From an uncultured archaeon (lineage in GTDB: Archaea; Micrarchaeota; Micrarchaeia; Micrarchaeales; CABMGC01), in assembly GCA_963787445.1 (NCBI GenBank), contig CAWBCT010000005.1, positions 384,001 through 448,000 of the forward strand: DNA of 64,000 nt. The letters run 5' to 3'. The notes under the pieces are model-generated. The model did not search any database. It saw only the letters and a program-made list of their open reading frames with translations, and was not told the DNA's origin. A program made the translations under genes and the position numbers. Shown one piece after another: positions 30,644 to 39,421 of the stretch (its first letter is position 1; every line of letters begins with the position of its first letter).

Positions 30644-32113
30644 TTATCCCACTCCAAAATACTTCCTTATCAGGGGGGCAACATCCAAAACACTCATTTT
30701 CTTGCTGTTTTTTGTGCTTGGGTATTCTCCGAATATCCCCTGCCGCGTATGGTCGCCGTGTTTCGGCCCTTCTGGTTTCATGAACAGATATTTTGGCGAA
30801 AAGTTGAATATGTCAAGCATGTAACCAGATTTCGCCTCTACAAAAAGATCTGGCGCCAGGAAGGGAGGGTTTGCGCCGTAGTACTCGCTTGCATCGTAAA
30901 CACCTTCTATTACGGATTTGCCGTTTGCGTTCTTCATTTTTGCTATCTTGTTAATCAGTTCCTTCTTGACCCTACCCTTTTCTCCCGCCTTTACAATGCC
31001 TTTGGAGAATCGGTGGTCATTTATCCAGATGGTTGCAACGTTAAGGTTTGAGATCGCCGCAAAGGCTGTTGTTTTGTCCATGTCGAAATCAAAAAGATGG
31101 ACCCGGGTGTACTCTTCTGAGCTCGCGGACGAGAGAACCTTGCTGAGCGATGCCCGCACCACCTTCTTCGCGCCCTGCGGAAGCAGATCGTAGGCTTTCC
31201 TGAGCCCGCTTTTCATCGCCTTCTCTCTTAGGGTGTAGGCGAGTGGGTTGCTCTTGCTGCTTGTGCCTTCCGGCTTGCTCTTGAGGGTCTCATTCAATAC
31301 CACATAGCCGTTGCTTACCATCCAGCCGTTGAGCAAAATTTTCTCCTTTATCGGCTGTGAGCCGTGGTCGGAAACAACGATCACCTTGCCGCTCTCCTTT
31401 TCCGCGCGCGAGACACAATAGCGCAGGAGGTCGTCCATGGCCTTGTATATTGGCAGCAGGTAGCTGTCGGCTTTGGGATGCCCCATGACGAAATGCTGTA
31501 TCCTGTCGGTTTCGGTGAAACAGACGTAAACAAAATCGTACTGTTTGTTCTCCATGGCCTTCTTTGCGATCGTGATGCGGGACTCTACGCTCTTCAGGAA
31601 GTGCTTTGCGCCCTCGTCTATCGACATCTTGCCGGCCTTCATGTCCTTCTCCACGTCCGGTTCCCCGTCAAAGTCGTGCTCTTTCATCAACTTTTTCAGG
31701 TATGGGTTGTTTGTCCTTGCCTTTAGGGGAAAGCCGGTGATCATGTCTGTGTTTGGAAATGTGGGCAGGGTGATGTTGGTCGCGGGAGTTATGAGGAGGC
31801 TCTTGTATCCTGCTTTCGAGAGGTCTTTCCAGAACGGCGGTGCCTTGTCAGGATCGTAGAATACCAGGTCTGGGGCGTAGTCTTTGGTCATTACAAAAAA
31901 GTCGGGAACGCCGTGCACTCCGGGGCCGTTCCCGGTGTACATCGCCGGCCAGGCTCCACCAGTCATGGGTGGCATGGTCGATTCCATCTCCTTTAGTGTT
32001 CCCTTGGCTGCGATTTTTGAAAAGCCAGGGAGTCTGCCGCCCTTTCCAAGCTCTTTTATAAGCCAAAGCGGGGCCGCATCGATGCCTATCAGATAAAGGG
32101 TCTTACGCTCGAT
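30644..32113 (-). CDS. alkaline phosphatase superfamily protein (type I phosphodiesterase/nucleotide pyrophosphatase-like); the N-terminus extends upstream of the first ATG (31987), probable ATC start
   Basis: IGIDAA upstream in frame; STMPPMT..W, TDRIQH, VSDHG, GDH motifs. Confidence 0.88.
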   Translation of the reverse strand: MERKTLYLIGIDAAPLWLIKELGKGGRLPGFSKIAAKGTLKEMESTMPPMTGGAWPAMYTGNGPGVHGVPDFFVMTKDYAPDLVFYDPDKAPPFWKDLSKAGYKSLLITPATNITLPTFPNTDMITGFPLKARTNNPYLKKLMKEHDFDGEPDVEKDMKAGKMSIDEGAKHFLKSVESRITIAKKAMENKQYDFVYVCFTETDRIQHFVMGHPKADSYLLPIYKAMDDLLRYCVSRAEKESGKVIVVSDHGSQPIKEKILLNGWMVSNGYVVLNETLKSKPEGTSSKSNPLAYTLREKAMKSGLRKAYDLLPQGAKKVVRASLSKVLSSASSEEYTRVHLFDFDMDKTTAFAAISNLNVATIWINDHRFSKGIVKAGEKGRVKKELINKIAKMKNANGKSVIEGVYDASEYYGANPPFLAPDLFVEAKSGYMLDIFNFSPKYLFMKPEGPKHGDHTRQGIFGEYPSTKNSKKMSVLDVAPLIRKYFGVG

Positions 32114-32192
32114 GAAATCTACCTTTACCTCTTCATGGTTTAAGAAGGTATTTATATCTAAACAGCGTATATTACTAGTTGTAGGTATCTCT

Positions 32193-32927
32193 ATGGCTTC
32201 GCGTCGTCCAACTAAAAAAATAGCCCGAAAGAAACCCGTTCATAGGAAGCATGAGCGTGTGAAGGTTCATGCCAAAAGGCATGCTGCCAGGCATCAGGTC
32301 TCCAGGAAGATAATTAAACGTGTTAAGCGCGTTCCGCACCGGAAGGTTGCGAAACCCATCAAGGTGAGGAAGGAAACGGCGCGGGAGATCCGCAAGAAGC
32401 TGGAGGCGAAGGAGAGCCTTGAGGCCTCGATGAAGGCCATAGATAGGACCAGGGAGATAATTTCAGACGGTGTTTTCAAAGAGCATCTTTCAAAAAACGT
32501 TGGGGGTGGGGCGGGGGCGATAGTGAACGCCCTTCTCGAGGGGCCGCTGGCCGACGAGAAACTTTCCGAGGCTCTCGGCATAAAGCCCAACGAGACAAGG
32601 CGCGTTCTTAATGTCCTGAACAGCTACGGCATTGTGCGCTACAACATCAACAAGGACAGCAACGGCTGGCTCACGTTCATCTGGTACATCGACCACGACT
32701 CGGTCATCACAGTGAGGGATCAGCTGCAGAAGAGCATAGAGGCGAAGAGGGCCCTTCCAGAGGACTGCAACGACTTCTTCGCATGCCCAAGCTGCTCTGC
32801 AAAGCATGCTGCGGTGCTTCCGTTCACGGATGCGTTCGAGGCCCTGTTCAAGTGTTCGTGCGGCAAGAGCCTGAAAAGGGTCAGCAAGGAGGAGGCGGAG
32901 AACATTTACAACTCCCCAGTAAGCTAA
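32193..32927 (+). CDS. tfe: transcription factor E alpha with long basic N-terminal extension
   Basis: DEKLSE..NETRRVLN WH, GWLTFIW, Zn ribbon CPSC...CSCG. Confidence 0.88.
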   Translation: MASRRPTKKIARKKPVHRKHERVKVHAKRHAARHQVSRKIIKRVKRVPHRKVAKPIKVRKETAREIRKKLEAKESLEASMKAIDRTREIISDGVFKEHLSKNVGGGAGAIVNALLEGPLADEKLSEALGIKPNETRRVLNVLNSYGIVRYNINKDSNGWLTFIWYIDHDSVITVRDQLQKSIEAKRALPEDCNDFFACPSCSAKHAAVLPFTDAFEALFKCSCGKSLKRVSKEEAENIYNSPVS

Positions 32928-32974
32928 TCCCAGGCGTGCCGTATTTATAAGTTTAGGGTTAATTCTAGAAACAT

Positions 32975-33049
32975 AGCGAGGTAGGGTAGCTCGGAGTGCC
33001 CGTCGGGCTCATAACCCGAAGACCGGTGGTTCAAATCCACCCCTCGCTA
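32975..33049 (+). tRNA. initiator tRNA-Met(CAT)
   Basis: A1-U72 pair; GGG/CCC in anticodon stem; CTCATAA loop. Confidence 0.95.
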
Positions 33050-33058
33050 TACCCCATG

Positions 33059-33153
33059 GTTCCACTAATAAAATAAGGCTGTTCCAACAAAGTATTGGAA
33101 TTATTAAAAATTAATATTTTATATATTATATAAGGACCGCCGAATAGTGGAAC
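33059..33153. other. candidate replication origin (inverted ORB-like boxes around an AT-rich unwinding element)
   Basis: GTTCCACTA at 33059-33067, its reverse complement at 33145-33153, GTTCCAA at 33081, AT-only tract ~33099-33133. Confidence 0.5.
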
Positions 33154-33170
33154 TGCACCCCGGTGCTCAT

Positions 33171-33632
33171 GTGAATGACGATGACATTTTAGAAAAACTT
33201 TACTCCCAACTTACGGAAGAGAGGAAGAGCGGTGAACTGGTGCCTCTACCCTCTGGATTCTATGCCAGCACGGCAAATACCACCGGCCTTAAAACCGAAG
33301 ACGTAGAGAGGATAAGGTCAAACAAAGACAAGCTATTAAATACTTTAAAAACAATACGTTTACAGAAGATCCTGATCTATTTGGCGTACAACAGGCAGCT
33401 GCCAAACCAGATGCCCGAAGAGGAGGAAAAGCTTTATAAGAAACTCAAGGCAACAATAGAAGAGGAGAAAGGGATAGCCCAGGAAACGGTAACGATCCTG
33501 GCCGACCTTCCGGAAGTGATCTCTCCGGATGGGAGCAAGCTCGGCCCCTACAGGAAAGGAGAGACCATAGCAACAACACCCAACGAACTGGCATTCATAC
33601 TGAAAAACAAGATAGGAGAACAAACGAGGTAA
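33171..33632 (+). CDS. GINS subunit (Gins15/51-like)
   Basis: ERKSGELVPLPSGFY, RLQKI, EEEKLY, B-domain DGSKLGPYRKGE; upstream of rpl44e. Confidence 0.8.
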   Translation: MNDDDILEKLYSQLTEERKSGELVPLPSGFYASTANTTGLKTEDVERIRSNKDKLLNTLKTIRLQKILIYLAYNRQLPNQMPEEEEKLYKKLKATIEEEKGIAQETVTILADLPEVISPDGSKLGPYRKGETIATTPNELAFILKNKIGEQTR

Positions 33633-33636
33633 TCTT

Positions 33637-33918
33637 ATGAAGATAGCAAAAGACATAAACGCGTACTGCCCCTACTGCAACAAACACACACCGCACCTAG
33701 TGAAGAACGTACAGAAGAGCAAGCAGCGCGGACTGAGCAAGGCCACCAGGAGGCACAACCGCGCAATTCGCGGGTATGTGGGAAGCGTAGAGCTCAAGCT
33801 GCACCCGAAGAAGCTCGGCAAGCGCCAGAAGGTTCTCCTTGAGTGCAAGACCTGCAAGAAATCCGTCGAACGCGTATTTGGAAAGAGGACAAAGAAGAAG
33901 CTTGAGATAAAGCGGTGA
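33637..33918 (+). CDS. rpl44e: 50S ribosomal protein eL42 (L44e)
   Basis: YCPYCNKHTPH...LECKTCKK. Confidence 0.95.
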   Translation: MKIAKDINAYCPYCNKHTPHLVKNVQKSKQRGLSKATRRHNRAIRGYVGSVELKLHPKKLGKRQKVLLECKTCKKSVERVFGKRTKKKLEIKR

Positions 33919-33922
33919 ACGC

Positions 33923-34693
33923 GTGATAGTAAAAAAGACGCTGCCTGCGGACAAGGAACTAGTCCTCGTTAAGATAACGAAAATCCTGCCCCACGGCGCC
34001 TACTGCACGCTTACGGACTACAACCTCGACGCATACCTGCCCATATCGGAGATAGCCTCCGGTTGGATCAAGAACATACACGAGTTCATAAAGGAGGGCC
34101 AGAAGGATGTCGCCCGCGTAATCTCTGTGGACCGCGAGAAGAACGTGGTGGACGTTTCGCTGAAGAAGGTCACCAAGAAGGAGCGGGAAGACAAGATCTC
34201 GGAGCAGAACACGGAAAAAAGGTCGGAGATGCTCTTCGAGCAGTCGCTCAAGCTTTCGAACACGCTAGAGAAAAAGGAAAAGATAAAGGAAGAGCTGCTC
34301 ACAAAGGTCGAGAGCTATTCGGAACTGGTCAGCAAGGTCGCGGAGAACAAAGAGTTCCTCTCCTTCTTGAAAAACAAGCCGTTCGCCGACGCCTTTACCG
34401 AAACCGTGATCAAGAACATAAAGCCAAAGCACTACGAGGTCTCCTACCTGGTGGAGCTCAGGAGCATAAACTCCCGCTCGGGAATAACGACCATCAAAAA
34501 GATATTTGGAGAGATAGAGCAGATGGGTGTTAAGGTGCTGTACGTGGGTGCGCCGAGGTACCGCCTGAGTTCTGAAGGGTCAAGCTACCCCGATGCCGAG
34601 GAGAGGATAAAAGAGGCAAGGAAGACCCTGGACGCAAACTCAAAAAGCATTGCGTACACAATAAAAGCCGAGAAATTGCCCAACAACAACTGA
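33923..34693 (+). CDS. eif2a: translation initiation factor 2 alpha
   Basis: S1 domain HGAYCTL, ISEIASGWIKNI, VDVSLK, GAPRY. Confidence 0.96.
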   Translation: MIVKKTLPADKELVLVKITKILPHGAYCTLTDYNLDAYLPISEIASGWIKNIHEFIKEGQKDVARVISVDREKNVVDVSLKKVTKKEREDKISEQNTEKRSEMLFEQSLKLSNTLEKKEKIKEELLTKVESYSELVSKVAENKEFLSFLKNKPFADAFTETVIKNIKPKHYEVSYLVELRSINSRSGITTIKKIFGEIEQMGVKVLYVGAPRYRLSSEGSSYPDAEERIKEARKTLDANSKSIAYTIKAEKLPNNN

Positions 34694-34697
34694 TTGC

Positions 34698-35459
34698 ATG
34701 AAGAAAACAAAAATATTTTACGATAAAAAGCAGAAGCTTAAGGATCCTGTGCTGTTGGTCGGACTGCCGGGCATAGGAAACGTGGGCAGCCTTGTCGCAG
34801 AGCACATCAAGAACGAGCTTGGCGCCAAGAAGTTCGCCATACTCTATTCATCCTACTTTCCGCACCAGGCGATAATGCTGCCCAACGGCGGGCTGCGCCT
34901 GATAAGCAACAGGTTCTACCACTGCAAGAACAAGGACGGGAAGAGCATACTTCTGCTGGTTGGAGACACCCAGCCAACGACCACGACCGGCCAGTACGCG
35001 GTAAACGAGAGGGTGATCAGGTTCTTCAAGTCCATGGGCGGCAAGACAATTTACACCATAGGCGGGTACAGCGCAACAAACCAGTACGTCCATCATCCCA
35101 AGGTCTTTGGAGTGACAAACGACCCCAAGGTTAGGAAGAAGCTCGAGGATGCAGGAATAGTATTCGGCAAGGCAGGCGGAGCCATCTGGGGCGCGGCAGG
35201 ACTGATCCCGGCCCTCTCCAAGCGCCAGGGGATAAGCAGCGCCTGCATAATGGGCGAGACCGGCATGATAGAGATTGACGCCAATGCGGCCAAGGTGGTC
35301 CTGGAGCACGTAAAGGGCGTGCTGAACATAGACCTGAAGATGAACAACCTTGACAAGATAAAGAAGGAGACCGAGAAGCTGCTCAAGGACATGGAGGAGG
35401 CGCAGAAGATGCAGGAAGGCCAGCCGCCCTCAAAGGACAACGTCACCTATATAAGGTAA
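34698..35459 (+). CDS. PAC2-family proteasome assembly chaperone-like protein
   Basis: GLPGIGNVG, LVGDTQ, GAAGL, MGET. Confidence 0.9.
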   Translation: MKKTKIFYDKKQKLKDPVLLVGLPGIGNVGSLVAEHIKNELGAKKFAILYSSYFPHQAIMLPNGGLRLISNRFYHCKNKDGKSILLLVGDTQPTTTTGQYAVNERVIRFFKSMGGKTIYTIGGYSATNQYVHHPKVFGVTNDPKVRKKLEDAGIVFGKAGGAIWGAAGLIPALSKRQGISSACIMGETGMIEIDANAAKVVLEHVKGVLNIDLKMNNLDKIKKETEKLLKDMEEAQKMQEGQPPSKDNVTYIR

Positions 35460-36139
35460 AGGAGCCGCAGGAGCACGAAAAGCAGCAGCGAGAACAGCGC
35501 CGCGAAGCCCGCGCAGGCAACATTCGTGGTGAACTTGCTTCCGATCCCTTTATTCTCATAATACCCAAAGAGAGAATCAACCACGTCCCCAAACATACCT
35601 GCGATGATTATCAGCACTAATGCAACAATTCCTAGTCCAAAGAGGAAACCCACGCCGGCGATAAGGGCGGCACCAAGGAGACCGGCAGCAAAACCCAACA
35701 CCGAGACCCCGCCAGAGACCCCCGGGCGCACCCTATCCCTGCCTATGAGCATGAAGACGTGCTTGTCAAGAATTCCTATCTCGCTTGAGAACTTGTCTGC
35801 AGTGATCGCCGCAACGCTCGCCAGGAAAGCAACCGTAAGCGCAAGGCTCCCAAAACCGTACAGCAAATAACACAGGAAGTAAAGGAAAGCGACGAAGAGC
35901 GGGACCGAGCCGTTGGCCAAAACGTTCTTCCAGCCCCTGCTCGGCTCGTACACTCCCAGGGCTGATTTTCGGTTGATTTTAACCCTTGTGACCACCGCAG
36001 AAACCACCAGGAAGAAGAGCATCCCCAGGAAAAACAACAGGGCGTTCGCTCCGCCAAAGAACAACAGCAAGATTCCGAGGACAACCGCTACCGCGACGCC
36101 CCTCCAATCAAGCGTAAAAACCGTTCTCATAAAAACCAT
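35447..36139 (-). CDS. DUF92/TMEM19-family membrane protein
   Basis: RGWKNVLANG, ADKFSSEIG, PGVSGGVS, DSLFG. Confidence 0.9.
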   Translation of the reverse strand: MVFMRTVFTLDWRGVAVAVVLGILLLFFGGANALLFFLGMLFFLVVSAVVTRVKINRKSALGVYEPSRGWKNVLANGSVPLFVAFLYFLCYLLYGFGSLALTVAFLASVAAITADKFSSEIGILDKHVFMLIGRDRVRPGVSGGVSVLGFAAGLLGAALIAGVGFLFGLGIVALVLIIIAGMFGDVVDSLFGYYENKGIGSKFTTNVACAGFAALFSLLLFVLLRLLYLI

Positions 36140-36373
36140 GAATTTGAAATATTCCGCTATTTCCAAAGCTTTATAAATCTACTTTTTGTTAATAATATTA
36201 CGTTTTCTATATAAGGAAGAGTATACTGGTCGCCTTGCTGGCGCACTCGCGTGTGCTAGCCTCTTCCTTATCATCAATCATCAGCCCAGCAAGCCGTTCG
36301 TATCCCATTTGCTAACTGTTTATTTATATCTTTCTTTGCCTATTACTATTGTAAACCGATTTCTGGTGATGGG

Positions 36374-37324
36374 ATGGCAAAAGAGAAGAGCATCAAGGAG
36401 ATAGAGGACCTGCCGGGGATAGGTCCCACGACCGCCGAGAAGCTCAAGGAGACCGGCCACGGCACGCTTGATGACATAGCCGCCCTCAGTCCGCACGAGC
36501 TAGCAGAACTGACAGGCATGAGCGTGGACAAGTCAAAGGAGGCCGTGGCCGCGGCAAAACAGGCCTCTGTGCTCGAATTCAGCACAGGCTCCCAGGTGTA
36601 CGAGGAGCGGAAGACCGTAGGGCGCATTTCAACCGGGTCGAAGGACCTCGACGAGCTCCTTGGGGGAGGAGTGGAGGCAAAGGGCATAACAGAGGCTTAC
36701 GGCAAGTTCGCCTCGGGCAAGACACAACTCGGGTTCCAGCTGTCGGTCAACGTCCAGCTCCCGGTTGGCAAGGGCGGCATGGCAGGCAAGGTGCTGTTCA
36801 TAGACACAGAGGGCACCTTCCGGCCGGAGCGCATAGAGGCCATCGCAAAGGCCGCTGACCTGAACCCCGAGGAGACGCTTTCAAACATCCTTGTCGTGCG
36901 CGCCAACAACACGCAGCAGCAGATACTCTCCATAGAGAAGGCCGACAAGACAATAAGGGAGAACAACGTCAAGCTTGTTGTCATAGACTCGATGATGGCG
37001 CTGTTCCGCTCCGAGTTTCCCGGAAGGGGTGCGTTAGGGGAGAGGCAGCAGAAGCTCAACTCCCACGTTCACAAGCTCCAGCAGATAGCGGACACGCACA
37101 ACCTCGCGGTTTACATAACGAACCAGGTGATGGACAATCCTGGCATCCTGTTCGGCGATCCCACGACTCCGGTAGGCGGCAACATCATCGCCCATGCGGC
37201 GACCACCCGCCTCTACTTCAGGAAGAGCAAGGAGGACAAGCGCATCATACGCCTTGTGGACTCGCCAAGCATGCCCGAGGGCGAGGCCGTGATGAAGATA
37301 ACGCCTAATGGGATTAAAGATTGA
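36374..37324 (+). CDS. radA: DNA recombinase RadA
   Basis: N-terminal HhH, GKFASGKTQ, IDTEGTFRPER, RQQKL. Confidence 0.98.
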   Translation: MAKEKSIKEIEDLPGIGPTTAEKLKETGHGTLDDIAALSPHELAELTGMSVDKSKEAVAAAKQASVLEFSTGSQVYEERKTVGRISTGSKDLDELLGGGVEAKGITEAYGKFASGKTQLGFQLSVNVQLPVGKGGMAGKVLFIDTEGTFRPERIEAIAKAADLNPEETLSNILVVRANNTQQQILSIEKADKTIRENNVKLVVIDSMMALFRSEFPGRGALGERQQKLNSHVHKLQQIADTHNLAVYITNQVMDNPGILFGDPTTPVGGNIIAHAATTRLYFRKSKEDKRIIRLVDSPSMPEGEAVMKITPNGIKD

Positions 37325-37328
37325 AAGT

Positions 37329-38306
37329 TCATCTATCAATCCGCTTTGCGTACAACAGGCCGTTAGTCATCTTAAACCTCTCCACATAACAGTTTATGCT
37401 CTTTCTCGGTCCATTGTGCCAGACCTCAAAACCAGCACCCTCCAGCCATTTCTCCAGGTTCAGATACCCATAATGGTACTCCATTATTATACTCTTAAAA
37501 TGGCGAAGAGTTTCAACACTGGATTTTTCTATGATACCATATTCATAACCCTCACAATCCATTTTTAATACCACATCCCCAAGATTTATTTTTTTGATGA
37601 TATTGGCAAGGGTCTCAATCCTAATCTTCTCACCATTTTCAAAATTCCTTAGGTTGCTACCCCCTGTACTGTTATATTCCGGGTCCAGATTCACACTCCC
37701 TTTGTCACCACCGCAAGCCTCGTTGTAAATATCGATCTTCCCACCTAACTTATTGAGTTGTATGTTCTTCTTTGCAAGTCTATATGAGTGTGGATATGGT
37801 TCAAAGCAATACACATGCTTTGCACCCCTAAGTGCGAAATATATTGCCGTATCACCTATGTGTGCACCTATATCCAATACTGTTTCCCCTTTAACCTGAA
37901 TTTTGCCATATTCATCACCAAGAAATATGGACTTGATTGCCGAGACGGCACCCAACCTTTGCATGCCTGTTTCATAATGGAGCTTCACATCATGGCCCAC
38001 AAAACCGAACACAACCTCACTTTTCCCAATGCGTATGGGTGCCTTCAGTGACTTTACCAGACTCTCCTGCACCTCAGGACGTTCAAGCACAGTAAGAAGG
38101 TCGTTGAGCGTTTTAATCTTTATTTTGTAACCACTCCTGAACCTCAGCGAGAACGGCTTCTTACACCCGCCGAAGTAAAAGATCAGCACATCATACCAAT
38201 TCTGCACTACGTAAAAGAACTGGGGGGCGTCTTGCGCAAGCCTGGCTATGGAAGTAATCTTATCCACCGCAGTTATATTCTCGGCTACATCAGGCAGGCT
38301 CTCCAT
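37329..38306 (-). CDS. FkbM-family methyltransferase
   Basis: LDIGAHIGD, FEP, LKMDCEGYE, MEYH. Confidence 0.9.
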   Translation of the reverse strand: MESLPDVAENITAVDKITSIARLAQDAPQFFYVVQNWYDVLIFYFGGCKKPFSLRFRSGYKIKIKTLNDLLTVLERPEVQESLVKSLKAPIRIGKSEVVFGFVGHDVKLHYETGMQRLGAVSAIKSIFLGDEYGKIQVKGETVLDIGAHIGDTAIYFALRGAKHVYCFEPYPHSYRLAKKNIQLNKLGGKIDIYNEACGGDKGSVNLDPEYNSTGGSNLRNFENGEKIRIETLANIIKKINLGDVVLKMDCEGYEYGIIEKSSVETLRHFKSIIMEYHYGYLNLEKWLEGAGFEVWHNGPRKSINCYVERFKMTNGLLYAKRIDR

Positions 38307-38341
38307 GGATACTCCTAGTCAAAACAATATTTTATCTCTTT

Positions 38342-39421
38342 TTAAAATGCCTGCCCCAATTTCGACCTCTTCACGAGCCTTGGCACAACCGGCAATTCCC
38401 AATACTTGAAAGTGTATGTAAGGGCGGCGAATCCAAATGCCTCAACAAACCAGATGTTTACAATCCTGAAGAAGATTGTTATTATTGAGGCAAGCCCAAA
38501 ATCTATGCCTACTCCACCAAAGAAGAGGGTAAGATAACTTATCATCGCAGCATCAGTAACACCTATGGTTGCTGGTATCCCACTCACCCATCCCAGCATC
38601 AATGAGGATGAAAACACAAATATCACCAAAGGCATAGCAGACAATGGCAGGTTGACTCCGAATGCCAGAATTACAAGGTACAATGCAATGCCATTAAGCA
38701 GTATCGCAGGCACCGTGATGATTACCGAGTAGGTGTAAGTCCATATATCTAGTCTCCCCTTATTCCGGAAGTAAAGGCGGGCGTTGTCAAAAAATGGGCG
38801 CAACCTTTTAATACCACCAAACCTTTTGCTTATAAAGTTGAACGGCCCACGGACATAAAGGAAAATGAACGGTATTGTGAGAATTATGGTTATGAAAATT
38901 GTAAGCGCAACATACTGGTTCAGGAACAATGCAGCACCTAGGCACACGATTATGAAGCCGATGAAATCAGTCAGGATGTCAACGACAATTGCAGGAAAAG
39001 TTCTGCCAAACCTTATTCCTGTCAGTTTGTTTAGCGTATATGAGACCACCCCCCTTCCCCAACGCCCTGGCGTTATTTCCATGGAATACATAGAGAGATA
39101 GATTGCCATGTTCTTTCCCATGCTTATCTTTACACCAAGTTTCTTCATGTAAAGGTCCCATTTTGGGTAACGCATCAGGTAGCTGATGAATATAACTATG
39201 AAGGAGAGACCAAAGTAAAATGGGTTTATGGAAAGCAACGAAGCAACGAACCTGTCTACACCCTCATTTAGTATTGCTAGCGCCGCTATCACCAGAAAAA
39301 CAACGAAGCTTGCGGCAAAGACCCAGAGAAGTGCATTTCGCACGTTCCTTATTCTCTTCTTGTGGTGTTCAAGGTCACCTATACTGTGTTCGTCTTTCCT
39401 AACCAATCTCTCACTTCTCAA
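38342..39421 (-). CDS. lysylphosphatidylglycerol-synthase TM / flippase-like membrane protein
   Basis: multi-TM; TPGRWG and PATIGVTD motifs. Confidence 0.8.
   Translation of the reverse strand: MRSERLVRKDEHSIGDLEHHKKRIRNVRNALLWVFAASFVVFLVIAALAILNEGVDRFVASLLSINPFYFGLSFIVIFISYLMRYPKWDLYMKKLGVKISMGKNMAIYLSMYSMEITPGRWGRGVVSYTLNKLTGIRFGRTFPAIVVDILTDFIGFIIVCLGAALFLNQYVALTIFITIILTIPFIFLYVRGPFNFISKRFGGIKRLRPFFDNARLYFRNKGRLDIWTYTYSVIITVPAILLNGIALYLVILAFGVNLPLSAMPLVIFVFSSSLMLGWVSGIPATIGVTDAAMISYLTLFFGGVGIDFGLASIITIFFRIVNIWFVEAFGFAALTYTFKYWELPVVPRLVKRSKLGQAF

Noticed and set aside
36240-36300. Hammerhead ribozyme suggested by CTGATGA on the minus strand
   Set aside because: No stem II or properly placed GAAA follows the motif.
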